A DNA stretch of 63,740 nt, counting the filler, from Candidatus Fermentibacterota bacterium (GTDB lineage: Bacteria > JAFGKV01): NCBI GenBank assembly GCA_016928395.1. It is 4 parts of 4 records of this genome, joined end to end, with 100 filler letters (N's around TTAATTAATTAA, not from the genome) between each part and the next. Parts side by side here need not be neighbours in the genome. Positions count along the whole stretch, not along the records: positions 20,529 to 42,682 come from JAFGKV010000099.1; 3 more parts are not named here. One strand, given 5' to 3'. Positions 30,477-39,188 of this stretch are shown here, in pieces; the stretch's first letter is position 1; each line of letters opens with the position of its first letter. Both the position numbers and the translations under genes were made by a program. The notes under the pieces are model-generated. The model worked only from the letters and a program-made list of their open reading frames with translations, did no database searches and had not been told where the DNA came from.

Positions 30477-30798
30477 GCAGAATGACCGCTACACGTATCG
30501 GGTCACGTGGTCCGAGGAAGACGGAGAGCATGTTGGTCTCTGCGCCGAGTTCCCGAGTCTGAGCTGGCTCGCGCCTACGCCCGAAGGGGCGCTTCGCGGT
30601 GTGCGGAGGATCGTGTCGGGCGTCTTGAGTGACATGGCGGCCCAGGGGGAGCCAATCCCCGAGCCGTTATCCTCTCGGCGATTCAGCGGTAAGTTTGTCG
30701 TGCGTATCCCTCCCGACATCCACCGGAAACTGGCGGTCGAGGCTGCCGAAGCCGGCGTCAGCCTGAACCGGCTCGCCAGCGCCAAGCTCTCCCAGTGA
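30469..30798 (+). CDS. hicB: HicB-family antitoxin with C-terminal RHH
   Basis: YRVTWSEED, EFPSLSW, FSGKFVVRIPPDIHRKL...GVSLN. Confidence 0.88.
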   Translation: MRKQNDRYTYRVTWSEEDGEHVGLCAEFPSLSWLAPTPEGALRGVRRIVSGVLSDMAAQGEPIPEPLSSRRFSGKFVVRIPPDIHRKLAVEAAEAGVSLNRLASAKLSQ

Positions 30799-30806
30799 TG
30801 GAATCC

Positions 30807-30985
30807 CTCGGTGCGCTCGGAAGTTGTCAGTGATCATCAGTCGGATGGCAGTTCTGAACTCTGCGCTCCGACTTCCGTGTTCGCCATTCCGAACTCCGCA
30901 CTCGACAGCCCATCCCCTCGCCCCCTTGGGAGAGGGCAGGGGTGAGGGCGCTTCGGCCTTCCTGCGCAGCAGGTTCTCCTCACTC
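30807..30985 (+). repeat. 179-bp direct repeat, copy 2
   Basis: Near-identical to 29150..29328. Confidence 0.9.
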
Positions 30986-31176
30986 CTATCTCCTCACTCG
31001 GAAGACTGCCTGCCGTCGACTGGAGGCTGCCGACTGCGGCCCTACTCCTATCTCCTCATTCGGAAGACAACTGCCGCTCCCTCGCCCTGGGAGAGGGCAG
31101 GGCCTAGCCCGGCACAGAAGGCCTGCATGATCGGATTCGCCTTGCAATTTCACTACTCGCTGGTGAGATTGTCACC

Positions 31177-32406
31177 ATGATTGCGAGATCTATCGGGTCC
31201 TCCATCCACCGCGCACTTGCGGATACACCCGTCGTCCTGCTGAACGGCGCGCGGCAAACCGGCAAGACCACCCTGGCTCAAGCCATTGCCGACGAGACCA
31301 ATGCTCAGTACCTGACTATGGATGACGCCGCCACGCTCGCATCGGCGTGCGGCGACCCTGTCGGCTTCGTCAGCAACCTGCCTCGGTGCGTAGTTCTCGA
31401 CGAGGTCCAGAAGGCGCCCGACCTGTTCCCTGCACTCAAGCGTGCGGTGGACAAGGACCGCCTCCCAGGTCGGTTTTTGCTCACCGGCTCAGCTAATGTG
31501 ATGACGCTGCCTCATCTTTCGGAGTCGCTGGCTGGGCGCATGGAGGTCATTCCTCTCTATCCTTTCTCAGCCGGCGAACTGGCAGGCATACAGGAAGGAT
31601 TCCTGAAGCGCTTATTCGCAGGCGGAATGCCTGCCGTGCAGGAGCCGGCGATGCGCGAGGATATCCCCGGGCGAGTGGTCCGCGGCGGGTATCCGGAAGC
31701 GATCCAACGCACGGATACCGACCGCCGGGCGGCGTGGTTCGCCTCGTACGTCACGACAATCCTTCAGAGAGACGTGCGCGATCTAGCGCGGGTGGAGGGA
31801 CTCCATGCGTTGCCGAACCTGCTGAGACTACTGGCGGCCCGCGCGTCCGGCCTGCTCAACCTGGCCGACATCAGCCGCGACGCCAGTGTTCCGTACACGA
31901 CGCTGACCCGCTACCTGGCCTTGCTTGAGACAGTGTTCCTGGTCCATCGGTTGCCGGCATGGTCGCCAAACTTGGGCACGCGCCTCGTCAAGGCACCCAA
32001 GCTGCACCTCGTTGATTCCGGGCTGGCCTGCCACCTGATCGGCGCCGATGCCCATCGGCTCTCTGCGGACAGGCAGTTGCTGGGACGAATGCTGGAAACG
32101 TTCGTCGTAGGTGAACTTCGCAAGCAGCTTTCATGGACCGATCCCCAGACGAGACTTCACCACTTCCGCACCTCTGCCGGCTCCGAAGTGGACATCGCCT
32201 TAGAGAGAGCCGATGGGACTGTGGTCGCCCTCGAGGTCAAGGCCGGCGCCACGGTGGCCAGTAGGGACTTCGCCGCGCTCAAGACGTTGCGAGATAAAAT
32301 CGAACGCCGGTTTCAGGCTGGAGTGGTGCTCTACACGGGCGACCAGGTTCTTCCCTTCGGCGACAAGCTCTGGCTCGCGCCGATCCCGGCTCTGTGGATG
32401 CCGTAA
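31177..32406 (+). CDS. AAA+ ATPase with DUF4143 (PD-(D/E)xK-like) C-terminus
   Basis: GARQTGKT, LDEVQ, LLTGSA, ESLAGR, GGYPE, DSGL, EVD...LEVK. Confidence 0.9.
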   Translation: MIARSIGSSIHRALADTPVVLLNGARQTGKTTLAQAIADETNAQYLTMDDAATLASACGDPVGFVSNLPRCVVLDEVQKAPDLFPALKRAVDKDRLPGRFLLTGSANVMTLPHLSESLAGRMEVIPLYPFSAGELAGIQEGFLKRLFAGGMPAVQEPAMREDIPGRVVRGGYPEAIQRTDTDRRAAWFASYVTTILQRDVRDLARVEGLHALPNLLRLLAARASGLLNLADISRDASVPYTTLTRYLALLETVFLVHRLPAWSPNLGTRLVKAPKLHLVDSGLACHLIGADAHRLSADRQLLGRMLETFVVGELRKQLSWTDPQTRLHHFRTSAGSEVDIALERADGTVVALEVKAGATVASRDFAALKTLRDKIERRFQAGVVLYTGDQVLPFGDKLWLAPIPALWMP

Positions 32407-32813
32407 CAGACCGCACCATGAGGCCCCCTCGCTTCGGCCGTCCTGCGCAGTTTACTCCAGCACCGGGGATACGGTGCGGACTCTCAGCGCTCCGACTTCC
32501 GAGCTCCGCGCGCGACAGGATGCCGACTGCCGACGTCCCCCTGTTCCCTGTAGCCTGTGCCCTGTCACCTCCCCGCGAAGCGGCCACCGTGATCCTCTCC
32601 CGAGCGCAGACATCTGGTCAGTGGTGAGACGAAGATTATACATTAAAGATTTGACCCCACGCCCGAAGGCGAGAATCCTCCCACTTTCGCAAAGGGGGAT
32701 TGAGGGGGATTTCTATCCCTGTGGGAACGACTTCAGTCGTGATACTGTCCTCCGTGGTGCCCGGCGGGTACACTGCGGTCGAGCCCAGCTCGACACTGCC
32801 CGCCGTTGATCAC

Positions 32814-34244
32814 ATGAGCGACCGAGATCTCCCCGAAGGATGGGCCCGCGCGACTCTTGGGGCACTTGCCCAGCGGATCACCAAGGGGTCGACTCCAACC
32901 TCGTACGGCTTCGAGTACCAGACGTCCGGGATTCGGTTTGTCAAGGTGGAGAACCTCCGAGATGGTCGCATCGACCACTCCTCCCTGCGGCACTTCATCT
33001 CAGACGAGGCGCACCAAGCTCAATCGCGGTCAATCCTGCGTGAAGGGGATATCCTCTTCTCGATTGCCGGAACTCTCGGGCAGACGTGTGAGGTTCACCC
33101 GCAGGATCTCCCAGCCAATACCAATCAGGCGTTGGCGATAGTCCGTGGTACAGGCAGCTCTCTCGACGCGCGCTTCCTGCGCTTCGTCCTGTCTTCCGAA
33201 ATAGCTCGGGGGGTTGTTGCAGAGCAGGCTCGCGGTGCGGGTATGAATAACATATCTCTGGCAGATGTGGCTGCGATTGAGCTTCCCCTTCCCCCTCTTG
33301 CTGAACAGCGGCGGATTGTGGAGAAGGTTGAGGAGCTGCTGGCACATGTGAACGCAGCCCGCGACAGCCTCGCCAAGATCCCTTCCATCCTCAAACGCTT
33401 CCGCCAATCCATCCTCTCCTCCGCCTGCTCCGGCCGCCTCACCGAAGACTGGAGGGAGGCTGATAACGCGGACGACATACCCTCCGGCTGGGTCTGGGTG
33501 ACACCGACCGATCTGGCTGAGCCTGTGCCGAATGCTCTGACCATCGGGCCCTTTGGGAGCAACCTAAAGGTATCTGATTATCAAGAGGCCGGCGTGCCCT
33601 TGGTGTTCGTCCGTGACATCCGCGCGGAGGCGTTTGGGGGACCCATGACCCGGTTCATCAGTCGGGAGAAGGCCCGCGAGCTGTCTTCGCACATCGTTCG
33701 TCCTGGCGATCTGCTGCTTACCAAGATGGGTGAACCTCCTGGTGATACCGCCGTTTATCCAGCGGGCAGGCCCGATGCAGTGATTACGGCTGACTGCATC
33801 AAACTCACTCCCCGACGCGAGGTAGCGACGGGAGCCTATCTCAGGTTCTGTTTCCGAGCTGAACCGGCGCGTGCGCAGATCATCGAACAGACGATGGGGG
33901 TGGCTCAGCAGAAGCTGAGCCTCGCCCGCTTCCGACAAGTCCGCCTGCCCCTTCCCCCGCTTGCCGAGCAGCATGAGATCGTGCGACGGGTGGAGGCGCT
34001 GTTTGCGGTCGTGGACGCGATCGAGAATAGGGTGGCGCAGGCATCCGCCCGCGCGGATCGGTTGACGCAATCCATCCTCGCCAAGGCATTCCGCGGTGAC
34101 CTCGTCCCCACCGAAGCCTCCCTCGCCCGTGCCTCCTCCCGCCCCTACGAATCCGCGGCGGAGCTTCTGGCTCGGATGCAATCAGAACATAGAACCCGGA
34201 TGTCATCGGCACCCCCAAGCCATGACAAGTCGCTTCTATCATGA
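32814..34244 (+). CDS. hsdS: Type I R-M specificity subunit
   Basis: LPEGW start, two TRDs, duplicated LPLPPLAEQ.RIV/EIV conserved regions, QSILAKAFRGDL. Confidence 0.93.
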   Translation: MSDRDLPEGWARATLGALAQRITKGSTPTSYGFEYQTSGIRFVKVENLRDGRIDHSSLRHFISDEAHQAQSRSILREGDILFSIAGTLGQTCEVHPQDLPANTNQALAIVRGTGSSLDARFLRFVLSSEIARGVVAEQARGAGMNNISLADVAAIELPLPPLAEQRRIVEKVEELLAHVNAARDSLAKIPSILKRFRQSILSSACSGRLTEDWREADNADDIPSGWVWVTPTDLAEPVPNALTIGPFGSNLKVSDYQEAGVPLVFVRDIRAEAFGGPMTRFISREKARELSSHIVRPGDLLLTKMGEPPGDTAVYPAGRPDAVITADCIKLTPRREVATGAYLRFCFRAEPARAQIIEQTMGVAQQKLSLARFRQVRLPLPPLAEQHEIVRRVEALFAVVDAIENRVAQASARADRLTQSILAKAFRGDLVPTEASLARASSRPYESAAELLARMQSEHRTRMSSAPPSHDKSLLS

Positions 34245-35116
34245 TGTGCTTGAACGGGAACCAGTACAGGCTCTGCCTGCTGGATACCAATGCCCTGAGC
34301 GAATTGCTGATGAATCCCAACACTTGGCTTAACTACATTGACACCAGGTTTGGCCTCTCGGGCACGATCTTGACCTACTCCACATTCACTCTGGGCGAAA
34401 TCGTCTTTCGGCCGGAGATCCTCGATAGATACACCGAGCTGTTCTCTGACTTCCCGTCGGCGGTTATGGACGGGTACGAGACAATCTTCGAGAAAGAAGT
34501 CCAATGCTACCGATCGAAGGAACGACCGAATCCTCTGTTGGTCTTCCCGTCGGCGCAGCGAGAACCTCGACTCTCGCCGCAAGAGTGCCTCCGAGAGCTC
34601 ATCGCTCAGGCCAAGATCAGGGAGCACGCATCTCGCTGGAAAGAGGGTTGTGGTTCTGTCCTGGAGGGCATCCTCGAGCTGAAGCGCAACTATCCCCCCA
34701 AGGGCGCCTCCTATACGACGAGGGAGATCGAGCTTTTCAACGATATAGCGAGCATTCACCAGATCGGGTTGCGGAACATGGCTTTCGCCAGATCGGTGAC
34801 CGACTCAGGGGAGGCGATTGACCTGGGGCACTTTCCATCCGTAGTGATGACCACCTATGCTGTCTTCTACAAGTTCTACCCTGACCATCGGAAGCCTCAG
34901 GAATCGGACGTCTTCGATCTTGTCATATCCTCATCGTTTCCGTACGCAGACTATGTCATCACGGAGGGGAACCTGGCTACGATCCTGAGGACCGTGCAGC
35001 GCAGGCATGGCCTGTTCCTCGATGTGGAGGCGATCACTACGAAGGACGTCAAACGTGAGATAGCCGGATCCAGCAAGTCCTCACGAGCCCATAGGGCTCA
35101 GCAGTTTTCTGGGTAA
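34241..35116 (+). CDS. PIN-like domain protein of unknown function
   Basis: LLDTNAL N-terminus, SDVFD...YADYVITE acidic C-terminal motif; start overlaps the hsdS stop. Confidence 0.6.
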   Translation: MMCLNGNQYRLCLLDTNALSELLMNPNTWLNYIDTRFGLSGTILTYSTFTLGEIVFRPEILDRYTELFSDFPSAVMDGYETIFEKEVQCYRSKERPNPLLVFPSAQREPRLSPQECLRELIAQAKIREHASRWKEGCGSVLEGILELKRNYPPKGASYTTREIELFNDIASIHQIGLRNMAFARSVTDSGEAIDLGHFPSVVMTTYAVFYKFYPDHRKPQESDVFDLVISSSFPYADYVITEGNLATILRTVQRRHGLFLDVEAITTKDVKREIAGSSKSSRAHRAQQFSG

Positions 35117-35177
35117 AGAGTGCGAACCAAGGAGAGGTCAACGCTTTCCGCAGTGAGACGCCTGGCTCCTCGACGAT

Positions 35178-35261
35178 CATCCGCTCGCAAGGACCGGTTG
35201 ACGCTCCCCATCCCGCCCCTACGAATCCGCCGAGGAGTTGTTGACTCGGATCCAGCCGGAA
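35178..35261 (+). repeat. hsdS 3'-end copy 2 (internally deleted)
   Basis: Matches hsdS ...gatcggttgacg... and ...cgcccctacgaatccgc...cggat with the AKAFRGDL core missing. Confidence 0.75.
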
Positions 35262-35562
35262 CACGCCATCGCCAGGGCGTCCCGTCGGCACAAGCGTGGC
35301 GCTCCTCCTCCGACTTCTTGACTGCCCGACAACAGCATCCTTCCTTCGCCTTGTCTTGTTTCGACAATCACCTTTACCATGGGGCAGAGATGGCCGCGAT
35401 CGGATATCGCGAATACCGACCAGAACCGAGACGCCGCAGGGCGACTCTGCTGCCGTCGCGCGATCCTGGTCGTCTTTGCTTGGCGCAATCCTACGAGCAA
35501 TCGCAGACCAGTGGCCGAACCGACGAATTGGAACTTGACACAGACTTTAGGTATATGTAAAG

Positions 35563-36042
35563 ATGGCTGCCTCTGGAAAGCGAGAGACCCGCACCCGGTG
35601 GCGCGTTGAGCCGATCGCGGGTCTGCGATCGAGCATGCGTCGAGCAGTGGTCATGCTCGTGGCTGAGCCTGCGGACAAGTTTGCGAATGCCAAGGCCTCC
35701 TTGGATGCCGCCGACGTCGGATCGCGGAGAGGGATGAGCGGCAGCTTCGAGCTATGGATCGGTGGGTACGACAATGTTCGAACTCGACACCACCCATGGG
35801 ACAAGAGCGAATTCCGAGGAGCATACACGACGTGCCACGTCTTCAAGCAACCAGGATGGAGGATCTACGGCTTCAAGTGTCACCCTGCTTGGGCCGTTCG
35901 TTTTGAGCTCTGCGTGCTCGTGCATTCGGCCTCCAAGCATGAGCATGAGACCGATGAGAAGATCCTGAGAAAGGTGACCGCCTTCTCCTCACGGGTTGAT
36001 GTGATCGAGGCAGTGCAGGCGCTTGAGGAGTCCTCGATCTGA
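35563..36042 (+). CDS. Putative RelE/HigB-like toxin of a TAC module
   Basis: 159 aa, WRIYGF followed by LVH..SK pattern; position upstream of HTH and SecB-like genes; TTGACA at 35535. Confidence 0.5.
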   Translation: MAASGKRETRTRWRVEPIAGLRSSMRRAVVMLVAEPADKFANAKASLDAADVGSRRGMSGSFELWIGGYDNVRTRHHPWDKSEFRGAYTTCHVFKQPGWRIYGFKCHPAWAVRFELCVLVHSASKHEHETDEKILRKVTAFSSRVDVIEAVQALEESSI

Positions 36043-36056
36043 AAGGTAGGAGATCC

Positions 36057-36614
36057 ATGAAACTCAACGGCCGTCATTGGACCGCGGAGAATGCGGCGAG
36101 CTTCCGTTTTGCGGTTGCCGATAACTTCGTCACGCAAGTGCAGATGCGATTGGATGAACTAGGACTCCAGCAGTCCCATCTCGCGGAGCGGCTCGGTATC
36201 CATGAGTCGCGAGTGTCACAGGTGCTGAACAACCCTGGAAACCTAACCCTTGGGACGATGGTTCGATTGGTCAGAGCTCTCGAGATGAAGCTGGCGGCGG
36301 TGGCGTACGACGACGGCGACGCTGGCAACGAGCGGGGTCCGATCCATCCCGAGGTATTCCGCCTCTGCTGGGAGGCCCTCGGCAAACCTGCTGACCGCTG
36401 GGAGTTCGAGGGTGCAGTGTCCGCCAGCGCGGCCGTATGGCATCAGCCGTGGGATCTCAAGGATCTCGCTGACTTCGTCGAGCTGACCACTACGCCAGTG
36501 ATGGCAAGGCCGTTTCCGATTTCGGCCGACTCAGAGATCGGTCTCGCCTGGCAGTGGGCTGAATCGCGCTACGAGACTCAGACTGAGGGAATGCACGACC
36601 GCTTGGCGGCATAG
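36057..36614 (+). CDS. XRE/HigA-like HTH antitoxin with long C-terminal extension
   Basis: LQQSHLAERLGIHESRVSQVLN..GNLTLGTMVRL; C-terminus ends in LAA. Confidence 0.75.
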   Translation: MKLNGRHWTAENAASFRFAVADNFVTQVQMRLDELGLQQSHLAERLGIHESRVSQVLNNPGNLTLGTMVRLVRALEMKLAAVAYDDGDAGNERGPIHPEVFRLCWEALGKPADRWEFEGAVSASAAVWHQPWDLKDLADFVELTTTPVMARPFPISADSEIGLAWQWAESRYETQTEGMHDRLAA

Positions 36615-36634
36615 GATTCCCAAGGAGAGAACGC

Positions 36635-37243
36635 ATGATCAAAGTACGGGCCGATTCCAAGGAGATCGCAGCAGCTCATCTGGTGGCGCAGGTGGCTCAG
36701 TTGGAGTCTATAGATATCGTCCAGGTCACGATGTCCAGTCGTCTCCATAGACTCGCCCGGTCGGCACAGCAGGAACTCAATCTAAGAGCACGGCACTCGG
36801 TGGGAGACTACCTGATCGTGGAACCCCAGCGCCTGGTTGTCGAAGTCGGCGCAGAGCTTGCGGTCGAACGCACGAGCCCATCCTCACAGCCCGCTGATTC
36901 GAAGCCCGAGTCGATCCCCGACCCTGAAGGGCCGGACGTGAGCATACGCGTCATCGCAGCTCTCAGCTATCGTTTGCCACCACCACCAATTCCTGACGAA
37001 GTTGTGAAGAAGGGGTTGCCCGCGTTCGCGAGACTCAATGCCGTCTACAACGCGTGGCCGTTCATACGTCAGGAGATACACCACCTCGCCATGGGGATAG
37101 GCCTTCCCGTCGTCGTGCCGCTACTGCAGATTGTGCCAACTGGCGAGCAGAAGAGCACGCACATGGTCGCCGAAGGCAAGAAGGCTGCAACGCGCAAACC
37201 CCGGGAGGGGGGCGGAAAGCGAGCCATCGCTCGTGGGGAGTGA
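36635..37243 (+). CDS. SecB-like chaperone
   Basis: FARLNAVYNAWPFIRQEIHHLAMGIGLPVVVPLL matches the SecB C-terminal helix signature; AAGGAG RBS. Confidence 0.7.
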   Translation: MIKVRADSKEIAAAHLVAQVAQLESIDIVQVTMSSRLHRLARSAQQELNLRARHSVGDYLIVEPQRLVVEVGAELAVERTSPSSQPADSKPESIPDPEGPDVSIRVIAALSYRLPPPPIPDEVVKKGLPAFARLNAVYNAWPFIRQEIHHLAMGIGLPVVVPLLQIVPTGEQKSTHMVAEGKKAATRKPREGGGKRAIARGE

Positions 37244-37277
37244 CATAAGCCGTGGAGTGTTGCACGGCCACCATCGC

Positions 37278-37455
37278 GGACGCGATCGAGAAGAGGGTGG
37301 CGCAAGCATCCGCTCGCGCGGATCGACTGACGCAATCCATCTTGGCCAAAGCCTTCCGTGGTGACCTCGTCCCCACTGAAGCCTCCCTCGCCCGCTACGC
37401 CTCCAGCCCCTACGAATCCGCTGAGGAATTGCTGGCGCGGATCCAGGCTGAATGA
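37278..37455 (+). repeat. hsdS 3'-end copy 3
   Basis: Encodes DAIEKRVAQASARADRLTQSILAKAFRGDLVPTEASLAR...YESAEELLARIQAE*. Confidence 0.92.
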
Positions 37456-37941
37456 CCCGTTGTCAGAACGCCCCGTCGCTGGATAGCCGCGCAGACGTAC
37501 CTTCGTTTCCCCTTGAGGCGGGCCGCCACGTGAGCCGAGTTGGACACGTCAACGAGGCCTCACTCGGTTGCCCACCAACGGGGGCTCCCCGTAAGGCGGC
37601 ACGTTGCTCCGTAGACGGGGCTCACGCGTACGGCCGGATGGCGCGCTTGGTGCTGCGGGTTTCCCGCAAAGCAAGTTCCTTGACCGCCCGACGACCTGCT
37701 CCTTCCTTCGTGTTGTCTGTTTCCACAATCAGGTCAGGCGTGGAGGCAGACATGAGCACGACTGGATTTCAGGTAAGCTCGTGGTAGTTGGTCGCTTGTC
37801 CGCTAGCATCGTGGCACGGAGGGGCCGCACTCGATTCGGAGCTCTGGAATCCGTCAAGAGAACGCCCTTGCCGTTTCTCTTCTATGCTGGATAGCCGGGG
37901 CGACGTGGTCTGGAATGGCCTCGGCCCAAAGGGAGATATGG

Positions 37942-38673
37942 ATGACGAGGATACCAGTGGTGGCAGCCCTCTTCGTGTGCATGGCGAGCCCGCTTTCGTG
38001 GTGTGAGAGCATCCGATCTGAGGAGAGCCCTCAATCAACCCGAGGCTGGGGCACGATGGCCGTTGTCGCGCTCTCAGATCTCGTGGATCTTGCCACTGTG
38101 GTTGGGGGAGGATGGCACAGCCTCGGTCTGAGGGCCGACGGGTCCATCGTCGCGTGGGGTGCCAATGACTACGGGCAGTGCGACGTTCCATCCCCCAACG
38201 CCGGCTTTGTCGCGGTGGCGGCAGGCGCCCTGCACAGCATGGGCTTGAAGCGAGACGGCTCGATCGTCGCATGGGGATTCAATGGATTCATGCAGTGCGA
38301 CGTGCCATCTCCTAACGCCGACTTCGTCGCAATTGCGGCAGGCGCCCTGCACAGCATGGGCCTCAGGAGAGACGGTTCAGTGGCTGCATGGAGGCATGGC
38401 AAGTACGGGCAGTGCGATGTTCCGTCTCCCAACGCTGATTTCATCGCAGTTGCGGCGGGTCACCAGCATAGCCTCGGCCTGAAGGCCGACGGGTCCATCG
38501 TCGCATGGGGTGCCAATGACTACGGGCAGTGCGACGTTCCATCCCCCACCGCCGATTTCATCGCCGTGGCTGGAGGAGGGAAGCACAGCCTCGGCCTGAA
38601 GGCTGACGGGTCCATCGTCGCGTGGGGACAGTGCGCGGTGCCCGACCCGACGAGGGAGCTTGGGGCACGTTGA
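37942..38673 (+). CDS. Secreted RCC1/BLIP-II repeat protein, probably C-terminally truncated
   Basis: Signal peptide; about 4.5 tandem 39-aa repeats HSLGLKADGSIVAWG.N.YGQCDVPSPN; ends abruptly. Confidence 0.8.
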   Translation: MTRIPVVAALFVCMASPLSWCESIRSEESPQSTRGWGTMAVVALSDLVDLATVVGGGWHSLGLRADGSIVAWGANDYGQCDVPSPNAGFVAVAAGALHSMGLKRDGSIVAWGFNGFMQCDVPSPNADFVAIAAGALHSMGLRRDGSVAAWRHGKYGQCDVPSPNADFIAVAAGHQHSLGLKADGSIVAWGANDYGQCDVPSPTADFIAVAGGGKHSLGLKADGSIVAWGQCAVPDPTRELGAR

Positions 38674-38821
38674 TTCCGAGAGTGCATGACTGCCAGGGGA
38701 GCGGGCCCACTGAAGCACCATACTCCGGCTGACCAGGGCAACCTGGGGGACGTTGATTCCGAAGGTGCGCAGGGGGCAGGAGTAGCGGTCTTCTGAAACA
38801 TGAGCTCCGGCTCGATGCTCG

Positions 38822-39029
38822 AGCATCTACTCGTGCCGATCGGTTGACGCAATCCATCCTCGCCAAAGCGTTCCGCGGCGACCTCGTCCCCACCGAAGCC
38901 GAGCGCGCCCGCGCCGCCTCCCGCCCCTACGAATCCGCCGCGGATCTGCTGGCACGGATCCAGGCCGAGCGCTCCGTCAGAGCGTCCGGTCGACGCAGGG
39001 GAGGATCGAGACCCCGACCGAACGAGTAG
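38822..39029 (+). repeat. hsdS 3'-end copy 4 with natural-looking basic C-terminal tail
   Basis: RADRLTQSILAKAFRGDLVPTEAERARAASRPYESAADLLARIQAERSVRASGRRRGG...*. Confidence 0.9.
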
Positions 39030-39110
39030 CCGCTCCGCCCTGCTTCGCCCTTCACCCTACGCGTCATACAAGGCGTCGTGACCTCGAGAGAGACCGCTCT
39101 CGTATTGAAG

Positions 39111-39159
39111 ACTTATCAAACTAGTAGTACTTGACAAAATGATAAGTTATGCCTAGTGT
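39111..39159 (+). promoter_or_regulatory. Promoter with operator inverted repeat
   Basis: TTGACA-17-TAGTGT; ACTTATCA (39111) and TGATAAGT (39140) flank the -35. Confidence 0.65.
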
Positions 39160-39188
39160 GCGGTGTGGAATGGATGAAAGGAGCCACC

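Noticed and set aside
38100-38640. Diversity-generating retroelement template/variable repeats
   Set aside because: These are 117-bp in-frame RCC1 repeats with non-adenine-specific changes; no reverse transcriptase in the window
32814-39029. Invertible hsdS shufflon (phase-variable Type I)
   Set aside because: Repeats are direct, the extra copies carry no TRD, and no adjacent recombinase or inverted silent hsdS is present
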